This document shows, piece by piece, positions 27,488-41,144 of a stretch of DNA of 64,000 nucleotides. Origin of the DNA: Trichoplax adhaerens (Eukaryota; Animalia; Placozoa). Positions within the stretch are counted from its first letter, which is position 1. Each line of letters begins with the position of its first letter. The position numbers and the translations under genes are program-made. Below the pieces are notes generated by a model. The model worked only from the letters and a program-made list of their open reading frames with translations, was not told where the DNA came from and searched no databases. The stretch is taken from NCBI RefSeq assembly GCF_000150275.1, contig NW_002060947.1:5371229-5435228 (forward strand). Reading direction: 5' to 3'.

Positions 27488-30400
27488 ATGTCGATATTAG
27501 ATCAAGCTTTACAAGCTGTTATTGAAAAGCATTGCGCTGAAACATGGAATGAAATACAGTAAGTTTAAAAGTGATTTATTGCTTCGATATAGTTCGTAAA
27601 GTTTCTCTCTATGCTACCAATCCGATAGATCAATTTAAATTATTGACGAAATTGATTTCATCATTTAGGCAAAATATCACTAACCATCAAGAGGGTGAGA
27701 ATCCCAATTCTGAAGCAGATAACGAAAAAGAATTCTTATTTATTGAAAATTTAATCAAAATAGCTAACCAGCAACTAGGTAAATCCAAATGACTGCTTTA
27801 TTGTACGTAATATACTTATTATAGAAGAATGAGTCAAATTAGCGAGCTAACCACTAGGTAAATCAAAATGACTGCCTTACTTTATTCAATATCTTAATTA
27901 ATTATTATGTTTTACCTTAATTGATATTATATTTTTTAAGTGTAACCTATGTGGTTTTAAGATGTAGGATAGATCAGTTATTTAAATTATATCTTTCTAC
28001 GATAACTGTCTCAAGCCGATTTTGTAGTAATTCATTACCGAACAGTTTCCTTTTGCAATGATAAAGTAACCATTTGAAACTCTATCCTTTGAGGCACAAT
28101 GATTATGTTCAAAATAGTTTATTCATTAGTTATGGTTCATTTCTACTTTATCTTGTTGTATGGATCTCTACCTGTTGGTATTACTATCGAAAAAAGATCT
28201 AGAATGGGATAAATTAATGGAAGAATTTGGATATCATTTTATCCAAGAATGTCATAACGATGTCAAGTATCAACGTGTATTACACTCAATTGGCTTTACC
28301 TTATCCGACTTTTTAATCAATTTTGATTGTTTGCATGATCATTTAAATTGCTCTAAAAAGTTTACCAATATTTTACCACCATCATTTATTTGTAACGTTG
28401 AAAATCCAGACAGTATCTTGTTAGAAAGTTATCATCAACGCCATGGTTGGTCTTACTTTACCGTTGGTATCGTGAAAGCTGTTGCCGAAGTCGTTTTCGG
28501 CCAACCCGTCAGTATTGATGTTTTAGAAGCGACTACTCCCCATGAAGACTATAAGTGTCAGTACTATCGCATCCATTATAAAAATAATTCTTTAAGGAGA
28601 GCATCACAAGCTCCAAGTTCATCAACATCACCTAAAGATTTAAAAATATTACCTGCTACATTTTGTAAAGCATTTCCTTTCCATTTTATCATTAATCGTG
28701 ACATGGTATTAATTCAAGTTGGTGCAGGTTTAGTCCGATTTTTACCTAGTGAATTACCCGATATCGATATCTTTTTAGGTAGTACTATTAGCTATGAAAC
28801 ACGTTATTTTTCCGACTGCTTAAAAATGGTTAGCCCTAAAGTTGAGCCAACATTCGATCATATTTTATCCTATTGCAACTCGCGCTTTACCTTAGAAACA
28901 GTTAGCCAATTGCGCGGTAAAGCGATCCAACTACGCGGACAAATGATTTATGCCTCGGAATCGGACTGTATACTCTATGTTGGCTCACCATGTGTTAGTG
29001 CATTAGAAGAATTAAAAGGTAGAGGCTTATATTTAAGTGATATACCCGTTCATGATGCTACACGCGATGTTATTCTTGTTGGTGAACAAGCTAAAGTACA
29101 AGAAGATTTAGTTACGCGAATGCAAAAAGTAAAAGCCAAGTTAGAGCAAGCCAGTAAAGAGCTACGCCAAGAAAAAACTAAAAATGTCGATTTACTGAAT
29201 ACTATCTTTCCCAAAGATATTGCAATGAAATTATGGAAAAGAAAATATCCATTAGAACAGCTATGTCGTCGTGTTGATAATGTCACCGTTTTATTTAGTG
29301 ACATTGTTGGTTTTACAGCAATTTGTTCCACATGTGAGCCCTTTGTCGTGGTAGAAATGTTAAATCGGCTATATACAAAATTTGATGATCTTAGTGCCAA
29401 ATTAAACGTTTACAAGGTAAGATGGTTTTACCTATATGCTCATTCAAGGAATCAGTCGTGCCGATTATAGTTCCAAACGGTTAACGATATATTTAGATAG
29501 CTATCTGTGTATAACTCTAGCTTACAAATATGCCTTAAGAAAATTTCAACTACGTTGATATTTATGGATTTAGGCATGCTGATTATAGTTGGAAAGATGC
29601 TAGTTTATAAATATGCCTTTAAGATACTTTTATCTACGTTGATATTTATGGAATCGGGTATCCTGTTTATAGTTAGCATGGGTTAATAATTGACAACTGA
29701 CTGTAGATAACGCTAGATTACTAGTTTGCCTTAAGATGATTTTACCTATATTGATATTTATGAAATTAGGCGTATCGATTATACTTAGAAAGAATCAGTA
29801 AATGTAGATTGTAATTAAACAACTGACTCTTGGTAACGCTAGTTTACCGATTTGCTTCTGTTTGCCTTTAGTCGTTCCAAAATGCCAAAATTAGTAAGAT
29901 TAGTTCTATAGCGGCAATAAGAATGTCGCTCACTTAAATTATTCTTTACATCTCATAATCTTAACCATATTGATTCGAATCAGGTAGCCCTATTTACTTT
30001 ATATTTGCTTACTAATTGCGTGTGTCTACAATCGGTAACGCTTCTATACATAATCCGCATACCACAGGATTGATAACAACTTAGGTATTCGATTTTTTAA
30101 CCGTATTGCCTTGATTTATACGGAATTAATTATAAAGGCTTTACTTGGGCAGATTACATAGTTAACTTAATCCAAATTAAGCTTTATTTTCGCATAACTT
30201 GCATCCTTACAGATGGTCACAATACTTTACACCTGCTATATAATTATGAAGTAATCTAAAGGAAAATTGATGAAATCTGACATACTTATTTTTCTGCCTA
30301 ATAGACCTTATTGATTTATCCGAATTCATTAAGGTTCCATAGACAACATAAGAGTATATGCTACTGGAGGGATAATAATTTAAATTACCCTAAAAGACTA

Positions 30401-31418
30401 ATTTACAATCCCGATAGTACGTATGTATTCGCAATTTCGTACATCGAATATTACTAAAATGAATTGCGTAGTCAAATCGGTCAGTAGAAGAAAACTGATT
30501 AGCTTTTTATCTATACCAAAGCTGATTAACCTCCATAATTAACAGTATTATAAGCAACCTTGGATAAATTGGAATTCGTTTTTAATGCAGTCCGTTAAAC
30601 TACAAAACTAGCAATGTTATTAGGGTATCCAATTTCGTACTTAAAATTTTTTTCAAAACCTATCGGTAAATATGCAGTCGCTCTTACCGTATCCTTTGCA
30701 ATTTGCTTACCGCTCATTTTAGGTGGAAACTATCGGAGATGCTTATGTCGTTGCTGGAGGTCTAGAACAAAAAAGTAATCGCCATGCTCATGATGTTTGC
30801 TACATGTCCATTGGTATGCTTCTTGTTTCACAAACTGAAAAATCCCATGATGGTCAAATTATTAAAGTATGCGTTATTTGAGTGCTGTAATTTGCATGCA
30901 TTGATTGCTATTTAACGCTCCGCTTTAATACATTTTAGATGAGAATCGGAATTCATACTGGCAGTGTTGTGGCCGGTATTGTTGGATACAAAATGCCACG
31001 CTACTGCTTATTTGGTAATAACGTAAGATTGGCTAATAAAATGGAAGCATGTAGTCTGGCTGGAAGGATCAATGTTAGTCCAACTACATACAAGTAAGTT
31101 TACTAACTTCTAATCTTTTGGTAGTTAATGAAAGAATATCATTGCTATAGTTTCCTCTGCTTTAATTAATGAATGAACTAAATAATCATCGTTTGACTGT
31201 TGGATCACCCATACTGCTACATTAGGACATATTAATTATATAATTATTATTCACTTTGATATCTATCCAACAGGCTTGTACATAGCAGTAATGAATTTAC
31301 CTTCGAAAAGCGAACACCTGATTGCTTACCGAAAGATTTCCCAACTCAACCTGGTGATACTTGCTACTTTTTAAATGTTGGTAATCAAAATAATATGTTA
31401 GAAGATCGTCAGTCTTAG
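27488..31418 (+). CDS. GUCY1A: Soluble guanylate cyclase alpha subunit (gene 2); about 614 aa, 6 coding exons identified, N-terminus may extend upstream
   Basis: Exons 27488-27558 ([16 protein letters not shown]); 27669-27778; 28197-29416 ([40 protein letters not shown]); 30723-30866 ([14 protein letters not shown]); 30939-31093 ([37 protein letters not shown]); 31274-31418 (LPKDFP..CYFL, TAG). Catalytic and C-terminal segments closely match vertebrate alpha1 ([28 protein letters not shown]). Total 1845 nt = 615 codons. Confidence 0.93.
29417..29858 (+). repeat. Tandem repeat, 4 copies of about 85-125 bp, starting at the donor of the intron after the large exon of gene 2
   Basis: taagat..tttt.ccta, ttgatatttatg.aat, gattatagtt, gctag.tta and tgcctt recur. 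Confidence 0.85.
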
Positions 31419-34400
31419 TTTATATTTCAACCTAATCAAATTTTCCTATCGTCGATATTATCGTCATCTACCTAGAAGATATACATGGATCAGGTTATTA
31501 TAGTTTATATTAGCAATTTTTTTCATTTATAACAATATGAAGAAAAATGTTGTATCTAAATGATTTATTAATAATAATAGTTAACATTAGCTGAAGCCTG
31601 TATAGCTCAAAATTAATGCTAAAGTAAACAGCCTTACTAATCAATGCTCACATAGAATCTAAATCCGCTATTCTGTCATAGGTAGTGCCGCATCGATGTT
31701 AAAATTGAAGCTAAAATTAACCTTGCCATTATTATACTTTGATATAGCGGTCTATTAATGTAATTTAAATCGTTCCTATATCATCAAGAATTTAAGTAAA
31801 TCTAATTTATAAACTGACAAAACCGATTTGTTATGTATTATTTTAAATTCGGAAAACCAACTTAGAATAGGAGCATTTAAACGCTATTGCAATTTTTTAT
31901 GTAACACTACACATATTTTAAATTTTGACTGATAAGCATTTTGATCAAACATTATCCTATCTCTATTAAATTCTCAACACTTCAAGACATTGCCTATATC
32001 TATAATAATTTTAGCTTTATTGTATAAGGTAAAATCGATTTAAATTGCTGTCCGTAATATAGGTCTATTAATACATAAGATACTATTTTAATTCTTCTAT
32101 TTACTTAATTCTATAACAATTTTTCTCCTAATCACAATTAGATCCTGGAATCGAACTTATAGCGATGAGTTAATATTTCTATCGCTGGTAACAATTGATC
32201 TAATTGTAAAAATTTTACCAACTTTCGAAATAGTATAATACTCACGGAATCGTACGACGTTTTCGTGGAATATCATTTAAATGCACTCATAATACCCAGT
32301 AAAACTCAATAGGACAGCTTTAGTCCTTTACTTACGCGATATAGGACCTTATTTTGATATTAAAAATCTGCATAACAGACTACAGCTTATGGTAGCTATA
32401 TATAGTAATAGATGTCATACCCTTTCAGCACATACTCAAATATTCCTAATTGTGGCGCTACTGGCATTATTATAAAGTCAGCTCTCATGACTTCAAATCA
32501 ATGACAAAAAAACCTAAATTATGTGCATTAAACTGATAAAACTACATGAACTTTACGGCATACAGCAATTAATGCCGCTTGATATGATATGATACCCTTG
32601 ATCTAGCGTATATGTGCCTTGCTATTGATTTTTTGATACAGTGTAATCACTTTCCATCATTAATATTATGGGCATTCGTAATCTTTGTATAAAAGGGATC
32701 AAACGTAGACTTAAACTAAATGCCTGTATAGTGCATTAAAGTTAATAGTGATTAGTGCTAGAGATAGCCTACGAGTAAGAATGGTTTCTTTGGAATATTT
32801 TAAAGAATCTATTACTGATAGGGTTCTAATAAGACATAATTTTTTACACCAGTTTGCAATATTCATCACATTGAGTTCCACTGCCATAGAAACTTACTTT
32901 TTCCCTATTCCTTACAATAAAAGTAAAGTAAACTTCTAGTTAGCAAAGAGTCAATATAAATAGGCATGTTTATTTACAACATCTCACGATTGTATTGTTG
33001 ATCTGATTTTTGATAAATCATATTTCTAATCTACAATAAAGTATAGTCGTGCGGACAAAATTTTATAATAAACAACTTTAGTGTCATTTCTGCAAGCATC
33101 TTTTGCATAGAAGCTATTACCTAATATTAATATCATTACTATCATAGCTAATAAGGAGCAGAATTATGAATTACCTGCATTTACTACTCGTTACAAATCG
33201 AGATTTGAAGCAAGGAAATTGAAATTACGAACGCAGCATACCAATTAATTGTCATTATTTAGAAGATATTATTATAAATGTTTTTTTTTTCCTGCACAAA
33301 CATTCAAGTATCATAGATAAGATATTCATCAATGATTCAAAGTAAGCCATCTAATATGTATGAGCATGCTAGGATTATGACGTGAAAATTACTCCGGGAC
33401 ACAGCAATGCCAATTCTATGATACCCAAAGAGTAAAAGTACCAGGAATAGCTACTATTTGCAGCTTTTATAGCGTAACACAAATATGATACATTAAATTA
33501 TTATTTTCCAGCAAGATGACGACTAGTTAACATTTCAGTACTATTTAATATTAGGATAAAATTGAATTACCTAACAATTAAGATAATTTAACATGAGCGT
33601 CACTAATTTACACCGCTATAAATTTATGACTTTCTATTATAAAATCTATACGAAATATTACTTTAAGGCATCTGCATATGAATAAGTAACGAATTGATTA
33701 CACTTTGAAACGATATAGATTATACGGCTATTTTGTAAATATTATAGTAATAAAAGTATCAAGTATTATTAATTTTCTTCATAATGATGATTAAATAGTA
33801 ATTATGTCTAGGCGTCTATAGTTCGTAGTACATGCTGATAATGTCCTACGATTTTTGGCGATTTATTGTATAAAATGCATCCATGACATTCTAATTGATT
33901 ACAACATTATCTATGCCACTTTCAAATACTTTCTGAAATATTTACTGTAGCCGTAGAATAATGATATTCTGACCCTTTCCCTGGGTTACTTATTATATTA
34001 ATTAGAATGCTTTAAAAAACGTTTCTTACTTTCTCTATTGTTTAAAAAAGATCGCAAAATCTAGACAAAAAATCATTATATTAAGCGGACAAAAGGCTAA
34101 AATATAACTTAAAAATCGATAATTATTAGCTCAGACTATTTCCTATTTTAAATTTATCTAGTTTATAAGATGTATAAAAGTTGCAAATAGCGAATGAGAG
34201 TAACTGCCAAGAAAGGATAATCTACAAAACCTCATATCTAGGAAAATTACTGGACACATATCTAATCTATACTGCAGAGCAACACGTATGAAATAGACAT
34301 CCTATCGGTATTTTTATTACGCAAACAAGCAGTTTTCATATAAGTTACATAACCAAAAGAAAATTACGAATCACGTACATTAATTATGAGTAGATTGTAG

Positions 34401-37400
34401 TAGTCCTTTAATTTTTATAGGTGTCACAATCAAACTTAACGAAAAGAGGACTTTGCAATACAGTTCAGTAATTGCCTTGAAGCTTAGGCATAAAATTAAT
34501 CTAGAATTATTTTCATCAGCCACAATAGTAAATTTATTACAAGAATAGATCCTGGTTATATAGGAAATCTTCCATACATAAATAAGTTATTTTGGTTGTG
34601 ATTGTCTCATATCCTTATTTAAGAGTTCATTAGTTCATATTTAAACAGTTCCTAATACATCATCCTATTTTTTATAAATCTCTCGTCCAAAGTAGTATTC
34701 CAGAGTCATAGCATAATACATATCTTACCGTATATTATAATATCGAAATATATCAATAATAGTTCTGTTTATGTTTAGCAATAATAATCAATATCACCAT
34801 ATGCATATGCAGCCTTCAAGTATTAAAATACACTATGCTAGAACATAACTGTAATTAAATGCATATCAGAAACTAATCTAAGTTATAATTTTTATAATTA
34901 GCGATACTAAAAGTATCATACAGAATGTTACAATTACACTGGTAGGCATAGTATCGACAAAAATCATAGAGTTTAGATAATAATAGCTTAGATTGAGGAA
35001 AGAAAGAACTTTGTAACTAATAACCATAGTAACGTTACTTAAATATCAGTTTTGTCTCGATACAATTTCTCAGATAAAATTCGAAATTTGATTATTGGCC
35101 TGAATTTTCTTGCCGCAACAGTATATTGCGAGTTTAATTGCCTTTCATTTCAATGTAAGCGAGCTCTAGAACATAGGAGTCAAGGAAAAAACATAGACTG
35201 CTATTGTCTGAACAGTTTTATAAACTTTATGCAATGATCAATTGTTATCGTTGCCCTGAATTCAATCACTAACGTTAATCTCGCATTACGTTCTGTATAT
35301 ATATATGTATATGTTATATACTGAAAGATTTAATGCTAGGCATTTTATTATAGAAATATCTGATGGAACGAGATCATTTCCTGACAAGACATATAATTTA
35401 TAGGATACATAGATAAGTAACGGTAGATTGTATTGTATGTCCAAAAAAATTTTAGATTATTTGCTCAATTAAAGATCAAAAAAGTTTCTGCAAAAACTGT
35501 AGTGGATCTCACCAAGGATTTTAAAGATATATTATAGGTAAGGCAAATGCTTTCTTCAGAAGCGAACTTCAGTATTTGATCAATTAACGCCAACGATCGC
35601 CTTTAAATATGCTAAATGATCGATTTATAATTTATGTAATGAATTTGATTTGAAATTCAACTTGCATAACTAATAGAAAATGTAATAGAACATTTTGCTA
35701 TTGCTTTTTATTATTAAATGAAAATGAACTGAAAAAATCTATTTTCTTCACCGTAACTCAATTGTAAGTAGACTGTAATGTCAATTTTATAACATAACGA
35801 GTGTAAGTATTCCGAAGAATTGATCAGGCCAAATTAAAATGACAGGAGTAACATCAACAGACTACTAGACAACATATTAACTAGTGATAATTGTTAAATA
35901 CTACATCCTGGTTTAGCTTTCTGTCTCCAGAAATCTACGTTAGCTAGCCTGAAAATGAAGATATTTGTGCACTGTAACTGCTATCATTTCATTATCGTAT
36001 TGATACTAACTACTACAAGATCAAATCAATCCAGAGTTTATCGAGTTAGCACTTAGTTTCATCTTAATCATACAACCCATTTATGTAGTGACACAGCAAA
36101 ATCTCGCAATTGTATTCTTAAGCGTGCACACGGCATTATAGCTTATTTTGCTTTCTCAGGGCTACAATAAGCTAAATATTGCACAAACGGCACTTAGAAA
36201 AGTCTATGTAGACGTAAATGCTACTTTTATGATGATATTATGCTTGAATAGTAAAAATCAGATCCCAAAAATACAGCACTAAAAGTTAAAATTTTTCCTG
36301 AATTCATATACATGACCATAATTTTATTTCCATAATTTTAATTATTTCTACTTTTGAAATTTTCATTGTTTCAATTTTGTATACTTATTCATCGTTCTTA
36401 TCTTAGTTTAGATGAATCCAAAAAAGTAGAAGCTAACAATGTTAATTACATAAAGGAAATACTATAGGACTGCCACATAAACTTTGTTCTTTTCCGACAA
36501 TAGACAAATTCGTTACGGCACGGTATAATTTTTAAATCATAACAGTTCTGCTGATGCTATAACACGTGATTCATTCAGTTTTGAGTATTTTATAAAATTA
36601 TAAAGCACATGTATAGATATTAGAATAGAATTAATCACTATTCATTAATTTAGCCGCTTACTTACTCTCGTCTGTTGAGATATATAATATAGCCTTCTAT
36701 TGGTCACAATATTTAATCTGAATTTCTTTTCATATTCTATTTAAAATTTATTACATAAAAAATCGATTTTTGCAGCTGATGATTTCAGCTTTTGAAAATA
36801 TATACGGGACAATACGCAAATTAAAAAATAGGTATGCATAACTAGCAGAAACTCTTTAATTATTCACTTATGAAGCTTACCGATCCTGCTGCTATGCTAA
36901 TAGGCTATTTTGAACGACAAACCATCATGCGAGATAAATTGACGCCTATTAGACTACCCAATATTAAAACAATATGCTTCCGGACAATAATTTTATTATC
37001 TGACATTATTGTAAGTAACACTAACATCAGCTTTACAGAAAATTTTTTATGGCGTTTTATGAAGTAATAGCGGACTACTTTGTCTCTATCATCCACCGAT
37101 CGAACTAAATAGCAGTCTCTGATAAGCCTTTACTCTTTGATAACTGTTCAATGGTACCTTGCAATATCGTGGTATCTAATACTAAATCGAAATCGAAACC
37201 AACTGTCTCGTACCTTAACAGTTTGTCACAAACCAGCTTTGTGACAAGGATAACGTAAAACAAATCTCTAAACTACTAAAGTCTCCGGGATTCAGTATCC
37301 CTTAACCGTCTCACAAGAATTTAAGCGTCTTTGCTTCTACGTTAAACGACTAAAGAATTCCGATATTATTCAGCTATCTGCCGAGTTTAAATACCCTTAG

Positions 37401-40400
37401 GTAGCAGCCAGCATGAATAAGTCATCTTAAGATTATGAAAATTAATCCCTACTGGATAGATATATTAATGCAGAGATATTCATAATCGCTGACATGTACT
37501 TAATGATTCTAGATAACTAGACATAGCATGCCCATTCACAAAATTATTTATGGTATCACCTAAAATTGAGTATCTTCAAGATATTAATCACAAGCGTCAC
37601 TAGACATAGTACCATAATCAATTAAAATCAATTAATTATAAGAACTCTTACTACAGTGCAGCATAATCTACCGTAACTAATAATAACTACCATGGTTCTT
37701 ACTGTAAGCCATTAACAGTTACCACCATATATAAATGTTAATTCACTAGATATAGTCATTTAATTGCATACGATCATTCGCACCGTGACGCAATTCTAGG
37801 AAAGCGATTCTATAATCTCTATGATTATAGACGTATTTAAAATCTTTAACTTTCACGATTATTCCTATGAAAGTAGATCTTGAATTGCTATTATGAACCG
37901 TGTTGTGATCGGAATTGTTTTCTTAAAATACTTCATCATTGATGTCATTTCTAGTCAAAACAGAAATCCGTGGACTATCGTATTATTATCTTCCTTAATT
38001 TTGATAATTTATCATACGGCAATTTACATATCATTATAATGAACTGACTGATCACGAATCGATTATTAAGTACCATATAAAGAAATATGCAGTTTTTTTA
38101 ACGTTATCCAAGTGTTAGTCTACTCGATTTTCGTTTTTAATTTCTTATCATAACTATCAATTCTTAAAAGCGCTAATTCTAGTTGCGATTCAGCTAAAAT
38201 TAATCTATAAACATTTCATTTCAGTGGTAATCACATTATCATTTTCCTTTAGAATCAAAATTTATAGGCAATGTACAAATTTATAATAAATTTAGTACTG
38301 CGGTTACTTTATGAACTAATGATATGTCGATGTTTATAAATAAGATGATATCTACACTTTTACGAACTTTGAAACAACACCTATAAAATTACATATAAAG
38401 TATGGTAATAATTTATTCTATATGGCATGGTAGATTCGATTAACCAGCATTGTGGCTTAGCCTGTTAAATATTATTTTGAAGTATTCACATTTAATGATC
38501 GCGATAAAGTATTTTCGTAGTCCACGAAAATTCAGCATGATTATAGAGGTCAACGTTCAATGCAGCCTTCGCTTGGAGTCTAAACATCTAGTGTGTATAC
38601 ATTTTCGATATAAGTATCTCAGATTAGAGGAAGATCCCTTGAGTATTGGTATTTTTACTAGTGAACTTTTAGCGTATCGTTTAATTTAATCAAGTATTAA
38701 ATTCAAAATAATTTAAAAACTGAAAAGATAAATTTTTCAGTACTCTAGCTAGCTAACACTTTATTTAAGCATGTAGAAAAATTTACTTATTAGAAAACTG
38801 TAGATATACTGCAAATAGCTATCAATAAATACCTAAGTCTTGCTTGATGATTAAACTAATTCTATCTGGTCATAATTTTACTTATCAGAACCAACATTAA
38901 GGTAACGATACCCAATATTAAGCTTACGAATTTTCTATAAGCATTAAATTCATGCTTAAGATATGACCTAACAAAACCAAAAGAACACAAACTGTTGGAT
39001 TTAGTACCCCGACACTTGCTTTTACTTAGGTACAATAAATTATATTGCCAATACTTTCAAAACAACATTTTGTATGATATAACAATCTATCACCACCAAA
39101 TTTTAAGCTTTCATTCTTTTTTGACTATAAACTATTACCAGCTTTACGAGTTAAGGCATAAATTTAAACAAAACTGGTATAAAACTTAAGATTTAGCTAT
39201 TTTAGTTCATAAATAACTATCTGTCTATCTAGGCATGACAAATTATATTGTTAAATATTGCTCATTTTTACATTCTGATTGATGTGGTCTAACGAACTGA
39301 TATTCACTGTTAGATGGTTAAACTGCATATTCTATTTCAGTAAGAAACGTGCTAATTACGATCTAAACAGAATATTTTTGAAATTAAAATTTCCAAGGTA
39401 AAAATTCCAACACTCCCATATGGACTTCAGTAGATATGAAAGATTAAATTATTGATTAGCGTAACAATTATTTTGTCCCAGCTTGATACTTTAGTGCTAT
39501 AACACTCAGATGAAAATCAAGTTGCGAAACATAGGCATTTAGCAAGTTGTATGGAACATAAAATTGCTGACAATGCAAGATTATTAATATCAAAATTTCA
39601 TTTCGGCTATGGCATTTAAGAATATGATATATCATAAACCATTAAAGTCATTTTTAAACAAAAGCTGATAGCTACATTACCTCATCGTATAATAATAGAA
39701 AGGAACTTACAATAGGCAATTTGCTACTTTATAAATCTAATGATGTCATTTCAGCTAAGAGTAATTATATAAGCTTAAATATTATAACAATCTAACATTA
39801 TAAAGCCTCTACCGTAACTCTTTTAAATTTAATTAATGACCTGTAATAAATTAATCTATGACTAATAATCTAGTGATGATAACGAATTTTGAACTATTAT
39901 TCTATGTTTTCCAAAAATATCAAAGAAATTTTATCATTAAATACTTTATCACAGAAATTATATATAACTTTTACAGAAGTTATAAACCAAAGAAATAACA
40001 AAAGTAAAAATCAATAATTTATGTTAAAATGGGGGCTACTAGAGACTCTAAAGAAAGTATAAATTTAATTACCCATACTTCTTTAAGGAATACCGTCGTT
40101 AATTCTAATAAAACGTTACATTAGGTTATTGTGGTCCAATTCTAATATAAGTACTTCCTAGCGCCTAGCTTCAAATAGTTGGTCATATTCAATAGTTCCT
40201 TAGCTTCAATAAATATTGCATTCGATTCTGTTCAGTAGTTCGTGTCTTATGAAGTATGTTATAGTTGTATTAAATAAAAGACCATCTTCTATTTACAATA
40301 AATATATCTAATAAATCTTCGATCAGCATTTACGTAATAAAATGGCTTGCATTCCAATAAACCTAACACTCATAATAAATGAGGCTGATCATCGTCAAAT

Positions 40401-41144
40401 AGACAATTCTAATCCTATAAATACGTCACTTAAGTGATGACACAGATTGCATTACAAATAATATCAAAGTTGAAATCGATGTAAGGATAATCAAGACTTA
40501 TGTTGCCATGGAAATCAATTTTTAGTATAACAATATCTATTATTTTTAGTAGAATTGAGCCTTAACGATGAGAATAAGGAAGTTTATCAGTTTCAATTCG
40601 AGAGCTTATATCAACAATAGGACAGGCACTCGCAGAGATGATCACCATATTAAATATTTATTATAATAATATAGATAAATTCCTTTATCCATTATCTCTT
40701 TAGTCATTCCTATTATTATTATTTTTGACCTTCTTTATCGTAAAGAAGACTAATTGATCTAATTAAAAGCATTAGAATACTATTCATCTTGAAGCTATTC
40801 TTTCTGCTAAATATTCCATAAGGTTACTAATTCTAAAAGCTACCTTTAGCATTGCACCATAAATCATTAAAAATAACAATAAGGATTCAGGCTGCTGTTT
40901 ATCTATTTTCATTATTGTTTCTTTCTGCTACTGACAAAAAGTTCTTGTATATTATTTTTTATTCTATTTCTAATGATTATTTTAAAGAAACCCATATCTA
41001 TATAAGTTTACTAGAGTTCTCCTCTTCCATTTCCATGTTTTCTTCCTTTTTCAAGCTTAATTAAACTTATGCGAACATAAATTTTGAACGTAGAAATTTT
41101 GGCTGTTGATATTTCCAAGCAGTTCGAATCGTCCTGTAGTCATT

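Noticed and set aside
29050-29400. 116-aa minus-strand ORF, and similar shadows at 8113, 11536, 45747 and 47555
   Set aside because: Antisense or alternate-frame shadows of sGC exons.
31500-41000. Short 61-79 aa ORFs in the gene 2-gene 3 spacer
   Set aside because: AT-rich random-like composition, no motifs and no consistent splice chain found.
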